This document shows positions 1-10,571 of a stretch of 64,000 nucleotides of DNA, in pieces. A model generated the notes under the pieces. It did not search any database. It saw only the letters and a list, made by a program, of their open reading frames with translations, and was not told the origin of the DNA. Both the position numbers and the translations under genes were made by a program. How positions within the stretch are numbered: position 1 is the first letter of the stretch; each line of letters begins with the position of its first letter. The DNA comes from Aureliella sp. (GTDB lineage: Bacteria > Planctomycetota > Planctomycetia > Pirellulales > Pirellulaceae). Location of the stretch: NCBI GenBank assembly GCA_963691875.1, contig OY829846.1, positions 2,880,001 through 2,944,000 on the forward strand, written 5' to 3'.

Positions 1-186
1 GTTGACTCGAATTTTCTTTGCGGCGGAATCGGAATCGAGGGCAGTTGCCTTGTCCGCGATATCACTACATCCGCCAAGACAAAACCGTAAAGCAGGCAAC
101 GTTGCTGTAGAGCAGACAAAATGCAATTCATGCCTTTGTAGTCGGCAGTGCAAAAGAAAACACCCTGCTGCCCAATGGGGCGCTAG

Positions 187-228
187 AAAAAAACTTGAGC
201 GTTAGCATGCCGTAACCAACGCTCAAGT
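187..228 (-). terminator. Probable intrinsic terminator of rtcB
   Basis: Perfect 11-bp inverted repeat acttgagcgtt (193-203) / aacgctcaagt (218-228), with an A-run at 187-193 that is a U-tract on the minus strand. It lies about 20 nt after the rtcB stop. Confidence 0.65.
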
Positions 229-247
229 GTTAGCACGGAAGCCAATC

Positions 248-1756
248 TTAGTCGTCTGCTTTGCTGGCATCCTTGATGACAAAGCGAGCCTGAAGTCGTG
301 CTACTTCGCTGGCCAACTCGGCTTTCTTCACGGAGCTGAGAACTTCATTGAAATCCTTGTATGCCGCCGGAGCCTCATCCTTCGGATACTGGCGGCAATT
401 ACTCAGGATGTCGTGCTGCTCCAACTCTTGGTCGATCTGCGTCTGATCCAAAGCTCGCTTCGCCGCCTTGCGTCCGAGGATCCGACCCGCGCCGTGATTC
501 ACGCTAAAGCAAGACTTCTCCGCGCCAGGATCGGCCACCATAACAGCAGAACCATCTCGTGGATTTCCTGGCAACAGGATTGGATGTCCTGTCTCAGCGA
601 ACGCTGTCTCACGCAACGAGTGATGACCAGCTGGCATTGCTCGAGTCGCACCCTTGCGGTGTACCCAAGCTGGAGCATTATTCACAATTTCCTTACGAGC
701 AATGTTGTGGCTAATAAAGTACACCAGCGATCCCGTTACACCCGGCATCACTTCTTGGAATGCTTCCAACACCAAGGCGTTGATGAGCATGTGGTTCACG
801 GTCGCGAAGTTCGCTCCGAGAGCCATGTCATCCAAGTAATCATTGGCTTGCGGCGTTCCAAGCGGTGCATAAACCAGTTCTCGGTCATTGCCCGGCAGCG
901 GAATGCTCCATTGAGCAAATTTCTGCTGCAACGCTTTGAACTGACCTGTCGCTAAGTTATGACCGAAGCCGCGTGATCCACAGTGCGACAAGAAAGCTAC
1001 CTTTCCGTCGCATAGACCGAATGCCTCAGCTACCTTTTGAGCTCTCGCATCCTCGCCCACCCGTACGACTTCGCACTCACCGAAGTGGTTGCCGCCGTAG
1101 GAACCAAGCTGGGCCATCTTTTCGTCGAAGCGCGACATCTGCTTCTCGTCAGATAAGTTGTCCAGTCGCTTGGCGAGAGCTTCGCGCGTATCGTCATGAC
1201 CAACATGGAACGCATCCTCGCAGCGCTCTGCCCACTCGGCTGGAATACCAAGTTGCTCACACACAGACTGGCTCGCACCTTCGACGACCAACTGTTTTCC
1301 CAGCTCGCGCGAAACACGACGCGACTTTCCGACGCTTCGCTGTCCCTTGCCAGCACCGGTTGGCGTACGTTCGCACACGGCAGAAATCAGAGCACGTCGT
1401 GTCCTGCGGTCCTCGATTTCTTCCTCAGGAACATCCAGCTGCAACAGGCTCATCGAACACTTGATGTCCACGCCCACCGGGCCTGGATAAACGTGCGTTG
1501 GAGAAACCATCACGCAGCCGACGGGAGCACCGTAACCTAAGTGCGCATCGGGATTGATCACCAGATCCGTGACGCCGGGCGCCAACCGCGAGTTCACAGC
1601 TTGTTGCAAGCACGCTTCGCCAAAGGTCTCGCGAATCGCTTCCGTACCGATAACCGTAATGGGCTTGGTATCACCGGTTGGCAGAATGGCAGTTGCGGCA
1701 CCGGTCTCAATCATCTTCAACCTGGAATCCGTCGCGTTCTGCATCGTTGCAGACAT
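248..1756 (-). CDS. rtcB: RtcB-family RNA 2',3'-cyclic phosphate/5'-OH ligase
   Basis: 502 aa with RtcB motifs PDAHLGYGAPVG, GVDIKC, GNHF, HCGSRGFG, SHN, HRKGATRA, NHGAGR and DEAPAAYKD. Confidence 0.93.
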   Translation of the reverse strand: MSATMQNATDSRLKMIETGAATAILPTGDTKPITVIGTEAIRETFGEACLQQAVNSRLAPGVTDLVINPDAHLGYGAPVGCVMVSPTHVYPGPVGVDIKCSMSLLQLDVPEEEIEDRRTRRALISAVCERTPTGAGKGQRSVGKSRRVSRELGKQLVVEGASQSVCEQLGIPAEWAERCEDAFHVGHDDTREALAKRLDNLSDEKQMSRFDEKMAQLGSYGGNHFGECEVVRVGEDARAQKVAEAFGLCDGKVAFLSHCGSRGFGHNLATGQFKALQQKFAQWSIPLPGNDRELVYAPLGTPQANDYLDDMALGANFATVNHMLINALVLEAFQEVMPGVTGSLVYFISHNIARKEIVNNAPAWVHRKGATRAMPAGHHSLRETAFAETGHPILLPGNPRDGSAVMVADPGAEKSCFSVNHGAGRILGRKAAKRALDQTQIDQELEQHDILSNCRQYPKDEAPAAYKDFNEVLSSVKKAELASEVARLQARFVIKDASKADD

Positions 1757-2167
1757 CTCGTCTCCTTTTGCTACTTCTCTCAGTCTATTAGAAATAGCAG
1801 GACCAAGGTCGAGCCAATAGGGTTCAGCACAGTGCGCAAACTAATCGCGAATTCTTTTCGCCAACAAAATATTCTCCATCACGCAATTAAACTATCAGCG
1901 TGAGTCGCCAAGACCTTCAGCATCCCTTGGTAAGACCGATGCTGGCTTGCAAAGGAAGTGCCTATGCTCTGACGAGATCAGCGACGAGGAAGCCCCCAGG
2001 CTCCAATCGAGGGTGACGACGGAGGAGAGCAAATTTTTATGAAATTTTGGTTTAACTCGTCACGAAATACAGTGCATGTCCGATTCCGGGTTTACGAAAA
2101 CCTACACTCCAACTAGCCTGCACTGTACTCTCCTGCCCCCGGAAAGATTTAGCCCGCAAGGAAAGGT

Positions 2168-3049
2168 GTGAACCGACAACAAGTTTGGGAGCACGTGCTT
2201 GGTCACGCTGGCTCCATCTCGCACGATCTCGTTCTCGCCGCAGAAGCCGCAAGAGCAGCCGGCGAAGTCATTCTGGCTGGTCAAGAGAAGCTATCGAATG
2301 GCGAAACCACCGTCGAGCAAAAAGGGGTCGGGGACTTGGTTTCTCAAGTCGACCGTGATGCGGACTTGGCTGCCACCGAAATTCTTCGCTCCGCCAGCGA
2401 TTTGGCAATTCTCTCTGAAGAATTGCATGACGACGTGGCGGAGCAAGACGACATGTGGATCGTCGATCCGCTGGATGCCTCCAGTGCCTATTTGATGCAA
2501 GCCGGAGTTCAGTATCCGGCTGTGTTGGTCGCCCTGCGTCAGGGCGGTGATACGGTTCTGGGGGTCAATTACTTTCCGCTGACCGGCGAATGGTTTTATG
2601 CTCAGAAGTCACGAGGGGCTTGGCGTGATGGCAAGCGATTGATCTCCAACTCGGATGAGAGCTTGTCGGAAATTTGGGTAGAGATGAATCAGTACGGTGC
2701 TTCCGAGCACGAAACCGAATACTTTTCGAATCTTCGCAATCGCCTCCGATCGTCTTCGGGCGCTCAACTCGTTACCACCAATGTCCCGCACTCAGGCGTT
2801 GCAGTTAGAATCGCTCAGGGACTTTCTTCCCTAGCCGCTGCCATACACGACAATAACCCCGAGTCCGTCAAACAAGGTGTTTGGGACATCGCGGCACCGC
2901 AGGTTATTCTGGAAGAAGCTGGTGGCGTGTTTGTGAATCCGGAAGGTCGCCGCACTGATCCCTTCACGGTCGAGCCTATCATCGTGGCACGCACGCCCGA
3001 AATCGCCAAGCACATCATCGACCTCGGTCGGAGCTTATCTGTCGGGTGA
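2168..3049 (+). CDS. Inositol monophosphatase-family protein
   Basis: Motifs KGVGDLVSQVD, ILSEE, WIVDPLD, WDIAA and ILEEAGG. GTG start preceded by the RBS-like aaggaaagg. Confidence 0.88.
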   Translation: MNRQQVWEHVLGHAGSISHDLVLAAEAARAAGEVILAGQEKLSNGETTVEQKGVGDLVSQVDRDADLAATEILRSASDLAILSEELHDDVAEQDDMWIVDPLDASSAYLMQAGVQYPAVLVALRQGGDTVLGVNYFPLTGEWFYAQKSRGAWRDGKRLISNSDESLSEIWVEMNQYGASEHETEYFSNLRNRLRSSSGAQLVTTNVPHSGVAVRIAQGLSSLAAAIHDNNPESVKQGVWDIAAPQVILEEAGGVFVNPEGRRTDPFTVEPIIVARTPEIAKHIIDLGRSLSVG

Positions 3050-3099
3050 CCAGAGCCTCATTATTGCTCACAATAAGTGCGAAGGTTCACGTGTTGCGA

Positions 3100-3632
3100 T
3101 CATTCCCAGAGCTCTTTGTGTTCTGGAATCTTAGGAATGACATCCGAATTCACGAACATGAAGCGGTTCATCTCGATAGCACGTTCGATCTTGTTTGCAG
3201 TGAGTGAGGCATATTGACCGACTCGCTCCGTGCATTCTTACTCGGATAAGTCTCCGCGTTGTTGCGTCACCGTCGCTGCTCGTGCTGCGATACGCGCGGC
3301 TTCGGCCCAGAAACCTGAGGGCTTGTCTTCGAGTAGTTTTTCAGCTGCTTTCACGCTCTCATCTATTTTGCAATATGCTACGTTGACTGCGAGCAGTTTT
3401 GGCTTCACCATGGGAACACATCTTCTTCCAGTTTCAGAGCCCCCTCTCAACTCTTCTGTGCACCGGTGCAGTATTGCAGTCGGTCGAGCAAGTCGGATTG
3501 ATACACGTAAGACAGAAATAAGAAGTGCATCAGCATGCGTTTGTTGGGTCTCTTCTCCTGAGCCGGCTCCAGCATGTCGATAGCTTGGTCAAAGCTCTCT
3601 TTCGACTCCTGGCTAGGCCCCAGCTGATTCAA
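3100..3632 (-). pseudogene. Possible degraded helical-repeat (TPR-like) gene remnant
   Basis: Two abutting short ORFs (3447..3632 and 3238..3450) in different frames read like amphipathic TPR-type helices (ESFDQAIDMLE, SYVYQSDLLDRL, ESVKAAEKLL). There is no start context and the boundaries are approximate. Confidence 0.3.
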
Positions 3633-3759
3633 CGCGGCTGCTCTGTTCGTCAGTGAATAAGTCTATTTGATTGGTAACAAGACGGCAGTTTAGAATGCCA
3701 ACAATGCTCTTGAAAAGATTGTCAGCATGCGTAAAATGAGGGCGCATGCAGCAGCATCA

Positions 3760-3833
3760 GCGTCCGTGGCGCAACTGGATAGCGCATCGGTCTTCGGAAC
3801 CGAGGGTTGCAGGTTCGAATCCTGCCGGGCGTG
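3760..3833 (+). tRNA. tRNA-Arg, anticodon TCG
   Basis: Cloverleaf: acceptor gcgtccg/cgggcgt, D arm gcgc-aactggata-gcgc, anticodon arm tcggt-cttcgga-accga, T arm gcagg-ttcgaat-cctgc. CCA is not encoded. Confidence 0.95.
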
Positions 3834-4524
3834 CTCTTTCTATTCCGAACTTGTCTTTCCCTATGAGTTCGATTCTTTGATTTGGCTACCGGCACCTCCA
3901 GTACAGTTCGGTATCATCCTTCTTCTTCATTTTGCCGATACAGCCTTACGATTGCTCACGACGACGTACGAAGTTGTTGGTGAGCTCATTTAGAGTGAAG
4001 CCATTTGCGGTCCAAACCACTGCGACGGTCGTGGTCATTGGCTCGGTAGCCATCTGGTATCGCGGGTTGCTGGTGTGCCCCGAAACCAAGGAATAGAGCG
4101 AAACGATTGCTCCGTAACTCGGAGCTTCACAAGATTCTTAGATTGGCCGGAACGCTCAGAAAAGATTTCCGAAAGAGGTTACTAACACGCTGGATCAAGC
4201 ATTGCAGTCCTGCACGAAGGTAACTGCTAAAAGGCAATGGCAGGCAAGACGAGGCCGATTGTCCGTCTATCGGGTTATTGGGACGGAGGCGGCGATTCAC
4301 TGTGGTTTCATTAATCCGCTGGAGTTCCTTCGGAATGCCAGGCTAGTTCTTTCCAAAGGTGAAACTTTGATTAGCCCTAGCGTCCACTTAAGCGATCAAG
4401 CTTTTGATGAGAAAACAGGCTAACATATTTCAAGGTGCGAATCTCTGGAGTTGAAGCAGCCACCCTTGATGGCAAACTTCTGCATTACGGCCTCTTGTTC
4501 GTTTAGTTCAGTTCAAAACCCACA

Positions 4525-5748
4525 TTGGGAGTTCGCTTGACTACCTCATCAAACCAATCCGTTCAGACCTTTTGCTTGGCGGTTATCGCCGTAGCAGTCC
4601 TTACATACATGGTCTTCTGGCTCAGACCAGTGCTAGTGCCGTTCGTTGTGGCTCTGTTCGTAGTGAGTGGAATCACGCCGATCCTGGAAACCGTAGAACG
4701 CCACTTAAAAGTAAATCGACTGATCGCTTCCGTGATTGCGTTCGTGGCTGGACTGTTTGTGCTGCTGCTTCTTAGCATTTGTCTTTGGGGATCGGTTCAG
4801 CAACTCGCGAATCAGGGCACGGCGTATCGGACGCGGATTGCGAAACTCCTGACCAATGTCCAATCATGGGTGCCGGCAAGTCTGCTGCCAACCTCAACTG
4901 CTTTTGGTTTTGGGGATGCCCAGGCCGACGACAGTCCGTCAGCTGAAAGCAGTAGTGAAGAAACTCAGGTCACATCCGAGGCCACCTCCGGCGTCGCGTC
5001 CGATGACAGTGAGCCCGCCGACTCTTTGGCGGAAAACAACCAGGCAACCGATTTGATTTCCGGTTCGGCTAGCTTCCGCAATGCGATCGACGGCTTCGTC
5101 CGCCGCGGCCTTGGTCAAATCACCTCGGCGCTTTTGGAGTTTTTCTCGACGAGCGTAGTTGTTCTGATCTACGTATTCTTCATCCTCCTAGGCTCCGAAG
5201 ACTCAACCCGACTCACGCCCTCGATCAGCGCTGTCGACCAGCAGGTGCGGTCCTATCTCTTCCTCAAGACTGTGATCTCAATTCTGACGGGACTCGTTTT
5301 CGGCGCTGCATTGTGGCTGTTCGGAGTCCCTATGGCTCTAACCTTTGGTCTCCTTGCGTTCCTCCTGAACTATATTCCCAACATTGGACCTGTGGTCGCG
5401 AGTCTACTTCCCATTCCATTTATTCTCCTCAGCCCGGATGGATCTGCTTTGTGGATGGTTGCTGCAATCATTGTCACGATGGCCATTCAAGTGGTCAGTG
5501 GAAGTGTTGTTGAACCCAAGTTGATGGGCGACAGTTCCGATCTTCACCCAGTCGTCATTCTGCTTGCCCTGATGTTCTGGGGAATGATGTGGGGCATCAC
5601 GGGCATGTTTCTCGCTACGCCGATCACTGCCGGAATCAAGATCGTTATGGAAGGATATACATCCACCAAACCAATCGCCAATCTCATGGCTGGTCGTTTC
5701 GATCGCACGGATCGCACTGAGCCTTCAACCGAAACAAACGTCGCTTAG
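4525..5748 (+). CDS. AI-2E (PerM/TqsA) family transporter
   Basis: Polytopic membrane protein with LRPVLVPFVVA, AFLLNYIPNIGP, VEPKLMG, LHPVVILLALMFWG and GMFLATP. The start codon is uncertain. Confidence 0.9.
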   Translation: MGVRLTTSSNQSVQTFCLAVIAVAVLTYMVFWLRPVLVPFVVALFVVSGITPILETVERHLKVNRLIASVIAFVAGLFVLLLLSICLWGSVQQLANQGTAYRTRIAKLLTNVQSWVPASLLPTSTAFGFGDAQADDSPSAESSSEETQVTSEATSGVASDDSEPADSLAENNQATDLISGSASFRNAIDGFVRRGLGQITSALLEFFSTSVVVLIYVFFILLGSEDSTRLTPSISAVDQQVRSYLFLKTVISILTGLVFGAALWLFGVPMALTFGLLAFLLNYIPNIGPVVASLLPIPFILLSPDGSALWMVAAIIVTMAIQVVSGSVVEPKLMGDSSDLHPVVILLALMFWGMMWGITGMFLATPITAGIKIVMEGYTSTKPIANLMAGRFDRTDRTEPSTETNVA

Positions 5749-5905
5749 AGCAGATTCGCATTTTCCAAGTGTCAGCAAAGTGCTCTTGGGAGGCACAGCC
5801 CAAGTAGCACTGGAACGTGGTCTATAGCAAATCGAAGAACGCTATAGCGGCTGCAACTGTTTGAATCGGTATCTTGACAAGATTCTGACCCAGCAGATAC
5901 GCCCG

Positions 5906-8900
5906 CTAGTCGTTTGCGACTTCTTTCGTAGCCGAGGTTTTCTTCGCCAAAACGTAGAAGAACACGGGTGTTAGGAAGATGCCAAAGAAAGTCACACCAA
6001 GCATTCCGGCAAAGACTGCTATGCCGAGCGGTTGTCGCATCTCCGCTCCGGCGCCCGTAGCGAGAGCCAAAGGAACAACCCCGAGAATAAAGGCTAGGGA
6101 AGTCATCACAATCGGCCTTAAGCGAAGCCGGCAAGCCTCGATCGTTGCATCGAACTTTGCCATGCCCTTGGTCTGCGATTCTTTTGCAAACTCAACGATT
6201 AAGATCGCGTTTTTACTGGCCAATCCGACGAGGACTACAAATCCAATTTGAACGAAGATATTGATATCCAAGCCCGCCCAGGCGATTCCTACGACGCTAC
6301 TCAACAAACACATAGGCACCACGAGCACTACTGCGAAAGGGAGTCGCACGCTTTCGTATTGTGCCGCTAGAACGAGCACGACAAGCACGACAGCGATTCC
6401 GAATACCACCAGTGCCGTGCTTCCTGCCTGGATCTGCAAATAAGTTAGTTCTGTCCACTGTGCGTCCATCCCATTGGGCAGAGAATCTGCCACTAAGGTT
6501 TCGACCATGTTGACCACTTGTCCCGAACTAACGCCTGGTACCGACATACCGTTGATGGCCGCCGCATTGAATCCGTTGTACCGAGTGACTCCGTCCGGTC
6601 CCGTTACCTCTCGTACACTCACGAGTGATCCAAGTGGAACAAGCTCGCCGGTAACACTCTTCACTCGAAACTTCGCAATTTGGTCGGGGCTCAGGCGAAA
6701 CTTCGGATCGGCTTGCACATTGACTTGCCAGGTTCGTCCGAACTGATTGAAGTCGTTTGCGTAGTTGCCGCCTAGGAACGTCTGTAGGGTTCCGAACACT
6801 TCGCTTAGCGGCACTCCCATTGTCTTGCATTTCAGCCGATCCACGTCGACGTACATCTGCGGAGTGTTCGATCGGAATCCATTTGCCATTCCGAGAATCC
6901 CAGGCAACTGGGTACCCTGCTGGGCCAGTTGGTCTGCATTCTCTTGCAGGCTGTCGAGGCCATAGGAGGCCACGTCACGAATCATGATCTTGAATCCACC
7001 ACCGGTACCGAGTCCATCTACAGGAGGCGGGCCGAACACGGAGACTTTGCCGTCGAAAATCTTCTGTGCCGCGAGCTTTCGAATCGCCATGGAGATCGCC
7101 GCCGCAGCTTCCTCCGGAGATTCTCGGTGATGAAATTCATCCAGGATGACAAAGATCGAACCGAAGTTGGGACCAACTGTTCCTTGGATAAACGACTGTC
7201 CAACGACGCTCATTGAGTGCGCTACTCCGGGTACTCCGCCACCATTCTTGTGTTCCTGTCCCTCTTGGCCATGGTCGTGTTCCGCGTCTCCCGAGGCACC
7301 AACAAGGATCTGGTCAAGGCTTTGCATGACCTTGGTAGTTCGCTCCAGAGATGCTGAGTCGGGCAGTCGAACATCTACCAACAAATAGCCCTTGTCCTGA
7401 CTCGGTATAAAGCCCGCGGGTACAGTGGTCATTGCGAAATAGGTTCCGCCCAACAGCCCTCCGTAGACCAAGAGAACAACAAAACTCAGACGCAACAACC
7501 AGCGCGCAATTCCAGCGTAGGTGTTAGATGCAAAATCGAAGAGCGAATTGAAGCCCTTGAATAGCCAACCGAAAAGCAGGTTGATGAGCCTAGTAAGAAC
7601 ATCCTTCTGATCCTTCTTTGGCTTGAGGAGCAGTGCACAGAGTGCCGGGCTCAGCGTCAGCGAGTTCACCGCCGAGAAAAAGGTTGAAACGGCGATGGTT
7701 ACTGCAAACTGTCGGAAAAACTGCCCCGTGATCCCTGAGATGAAGATGCAGGGAATGAAAACGCACATCAACACCAAGGAAATGGCGATAATCGGAGCGG
7801 TCACTTCTGTCATCGCTTCACGCGTAGCCTCGCGTGCTGAACTGCCATGCTCCAGTTTGTGTTCCACGGCTTCGACCACGACAATCGCGTCGTCGACAAC
7901 AATTCCGATGGCAAGAACGAGACCGAACAAGGAAAGATTGTTGATGCTATAGCCCAACCCTGCCATGACGGCGAACGTTCCGATGATGGCAACCGGCACT
8001 GCGACCAGCGGAATCACAGCCGCCCGCCAAGACTGCAGGAACAAAAGCACTACAACGGCAACTAGGAAGATCGCATCACGAAGTGCCTTAAAAACTTCTG
8101 CGATCGACTCCGAGATGAAGGGGGTGGTGTCGTAGACAATCTGGTAATCCACACCTGGGGGAAAACTGGCCTTCAGTTCTTCAATTCGTGCACGAACTAG
8201 ATTCGCTGTTTCGAGGGCATTCGAACCAGGCAGTTGATAGATGGCGATTCCGACCGATGGAGAGCCGTCAAGATTGCAAGAGGTGTCCGAGTTCTTCGAA
8301 CCGAGCGCGATGCCACCACTCGATCCTCCACCGGCAAGTTCCCTCTCGTCACTTACGATGTCACTGAGCCGAACGACGCGGCCGTCGGCCCCTTGCTTCA
8401 CAATAATGTCACCGAACTCGGCAGGATCGGTCAATCGACCTTTGGTACTCAGCGTGTATTGAAACGCTTCGCCAGCGGGGACCGGTGGCCTTCCGATCGC
8501 ACCCGCGGCAACCTGAACGTTCTGCTCTCTAAGTGCCGCCATCACGTCGGACGCACTCAAACCGAGTCCGGTCATCCGATCTGGATCCAACCATACTCGC
8601 ATGCTGTAGTCGCGTTGGCCGAGTAGCCCTACATCGCCCACGCCCGGGATGCGCGCCAACTCGTCCCTCAAGCGGATCGTCGAGAAGTTGCTCAAATAAA
8701 GCTGATCACGTGAATTGTCTGGCGAGACTAGGTTGACGACTAGCAAGATGCTCGGCGAGCGTTTCTTAACGCTAACCCCCGTCTGCTTGACCTCCTCTGG
8801 CAAACTTGGAGTCGCTAGGTTGACTCGGTTTTGAACCATCACTTGCGCCGAGTCGAGATCCGTTCCTAAGGCGAAGGTCACAGTCAGGTTGTAAGCACCA

Positions 8901-9157
8901 TCATTGGTCGACTGGCTGGACATGTACAACATGTTCTCAACACCAGTCACCTGTTGCTCGATGGAAGCACCGACGGTTTCCGCCACGACCGTGCTATTGG
9001 CACCTGGATAGACACAAGAAACTTGCACTGCCGGCGGTGCGATCTCGGGGTATTGCGCTACGGGCAGCGTACCAACAAACACCGCTCCAGCGAGCGTGAT
9101 CAGAACGGAAAGTACACCCGCGAAAATTGGGCGATCAATGAAGAAATGTGGAATCAC
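5906..9157 (-). CDS. RND efflux permease subunit (HAE1, AcrB/MexF-like)
   Basis: 1083 aa with FFIDRPIFA, LPVAQYPEIAPP, GIVVDDAIVVVE, KNAILIVEFA and RLRPIVMTS. Confidence 0.96.
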   Translation of the reverse strand: MIPHFFIDRPIFAGVLSVLITLAGAVFVGTLPVAQYPEIAPPAVQVSCVYPGANSTVVAETVGASIEQQVTGVENMLYMSSQSTNDGAYNLTVTFALGTDLDSAQVMVQNRVNLATPSLPEEVKQTGVSVKKRSPSILLVVNLVSPDNSRDQLYLSNFSTIRLRDELARIPGVGDVGLLGQRDYSMRVWLDPDRMTGLGLSASDVMAALREQNVQVAAGAIGRPPVPAGEAFQYTLSTKGRLTDPAEFGDIIVKQGADGRVVRLSDIVSDERELAGGGSSGGIALGSKNSDTSCNLDGSPSVGIAIYQLPGSNALETANLVRARIEELKASFPPGVDYQIVYDTTPFISESIAEVFKALRDAIFLVAVVVLLFLQSWRAAVIPLVAVPVAIIGTFAVMAGLGYSINNLSLFGLVLAIGIVVDDAIVVVEAVEHKLEHGSSAREATREAMTEVTAPIIAISLVLMCVFIPCIFISGITGQFFRQFAVTIAVSTFFSAVNSLTLSPALCALLLKPKKDQKDVLTRLINLLFGWLFKGFNSLFDFASNTYAGIARWLLRLSFVVLLVYGGLLGGTYFAMTTVPAGFIPSQDKGYLLVDVRLPDSASLERTTKVMQSLDQILVGASGDAEHDHGQEGQEHKNGGGVPGVAHSMSVVGQSFIQGTVGPNFGSIFVILDEFHHRESPEEAAAAISMAIRKLAAQKIFDGKVSVFGPPPVDGLGTGGGFKIMIRDVASYGLDSLQENADQLAQQGTQLPGILGMANGFRSNTPQMYVDVDRLKCKTMGVPLSEVFGTLQTFLGGNYANDFNQFGRTWQVNVQADPKFRLSPDQIAKFRVKSVTGELVPLGSLVSVREVTGPDGVTRYNGFNAAAINGMSVPGVSSGQVVNMVETLVADSLPNGMDAQWTELTYLQIQAGSTALVVFGIAVVLVVLVLAAQYESVRLPFAVVLVVPMCLLSSVVGIAWAGLDINIFVQIGFVVLVGLASKNAILIVEFAKESQTKGMAKFDATIEACRLRLRPIVMTSLAFILGVVPLALATGAGAEMRQPLGIAVFAGMLGVTFFGIFLTPVFFYVLAKKTSATKEVAND

Positions 9158-10443
9158 GATTGCGGTTCCTTTTCTTCGCCAGCCTCTACATCTGTCTTAG
9201 TGGCGGTCTCATCCTGAATTGGCGACGTAGTCTCTGTCGGTGCCATTTCAGCCTGCACATCCAATCCTGGACGCACTTTCTGGATGCCCTGGAAGACAAC
9301 GCGTTCTCCTGCTGTGATACCTGAGGTAACGGAACGAAGTTCACCGAACCTCGCACCCAACTCGAGAACTCGCAACTCCGCCTGTCCCTTTGCATTGACG
9401 ACATAGGCGGTCTTGTCTGCCTGATCGGTCGCGATGCATTGCTCTGGGATGAGCACTCCGGTGTATGGCTCCCCCTTTGGTATCCTGACCCTCACAAAGA
9501 GTCCTCCGGTCAAGAAGCGATCTTCGTTCTCGAAAACAGCTCGGATTCGAATCGTTCCCGTAGCTCCGTCCACTCGATTTTCGGCAAAGTCCAGGTAACC
9601 CGAATGTGTAAACTCCGCTTCGTCTTGCAGGCGTAACATGCAAGGGATCTGCAGCGACTTGAGGGCTCCACCCGGCGCGTCCCCCGTACCCTTTTCGCGC
9701 GCTCGGCGTTTGTAGGACAAGACTGATTGCTCGTCGACATCCACATAAGCAAACATTGGCGAGTCTTTGACGATTCGAGTGAGTAGTGTTCCGGCTCCTA
9801 CCCCACCGCTCACCACATTGCCTGGTGTCACAAAAGCTCGATCTGTTCTGCCGGCAATCGGAGCAAGGATCTTCGTGTACTTCACATCCAGGTCCGTTCG
9901 AGCCGCGGCGGCTTCGGCTGCGATAATTTGGCTTCGCGCTTCGCTTACCGCCGCTTCGCTTTCGTCATACTCTGCTTGCGATACGGAGTTCTTTGCAAGC
10001 AGGTCTTTGAACCTTCCGAATGAAGTTTCCGCTAGCTTCAGTTTGGATTTCCAAAGCTGGATATTGGCGAGCGACTGCTCATGGATTGCTTCGTACTCGT
10101 CGGATTCGATTGTGGCTAAAAGTTCGCCTTCCGCGACAAGCTGCCCATCCTGGAAATCAACCGTTTCCAGGAATCCGGAGACACGAGACTGTACCTCTAC
10201 CGTTGCCGAAGGCTCCGTTCGGCCCACAAACTCATCAAAGTCCGTCACCTCCTGGCTGATCGCGTTGACGCAGATCACAACCGGGGGTGGCAAAGTAGGT
10301 TTACCAGTGTCAGAACCAGAAAAGCAACCACCAAGCATCACCCCAGCAAACGCCGTGAAGATTTGAGGTAAACTCCTTGGTTTCGAAGTCTGTAGACTCA
10401 ATGATTGAAGCTGCATTTGTTGGCTTTCATCGCAAAGACGCAA
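9154..10443 (-). CDS. RND efflux periplasmic adaptor (membrane fusion protein)
   Basis: Lipobox-like LGGC, VEVQSRVSG, ILAPIAG, VDGATGTIRIRA and GIQKVRPG. Overlaps the permease start by 4 nt. The true start may be at 10416. Confidence 0.93.
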   Translation of the reverse strand: MRLCDESQQMQLQSLSLQTSKPRSLPQIFTAFAGVMLGGCFSGSDTGKPTLPPPVVICVNAISQEVTDFDEFVGRTEPSATVEVQSRVSGFLETVDFQDGQLVAEGELLATIESDEYEAIHEQSLANIQLWKSKLKLAETSFGRFKDLLAKNSVSQAEYDESEAAVSEARSQIIAAEAAAARTDLDVKYTKILAPIAGRTDRAFVTPGNVVSGGVGAGTLLTRIVKDSPMFAYVDVDEQSVLSYKRRAREKGTGDAPGGALKSLQIPCMLRLQDEAEFTHSGYLDFAENRVDGATGTIRIRAVFENEDRFLTGGLFVRVRIPKGEPYTGVLIPEQCIATDQADKTAYVVNAKGQAELRVLELGARFGELRSVTSGITAGERVVFQGIQKVRPGLDVQAEMAPTETTSPIQDETATKTDVEAGEEKEPQS

Positions 10444-10571
10444 TCACACTTGTTTCGCGGCCCTTGCTTAAGAAATTTCTCGTCTAGTATTCATTTGCTG
10501 ATCCCCGCGGCATCGGCCGAAACTGGACCAGCACTTGTGGACTTCTAAAATATATAGAGTGGGGACTAGCT

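Noticed and set aside
1..135. Possible 5' end of a minus-strand gene at the window edge
   Set aside because: It is too short, and neither the frame nor the start can be fixed.
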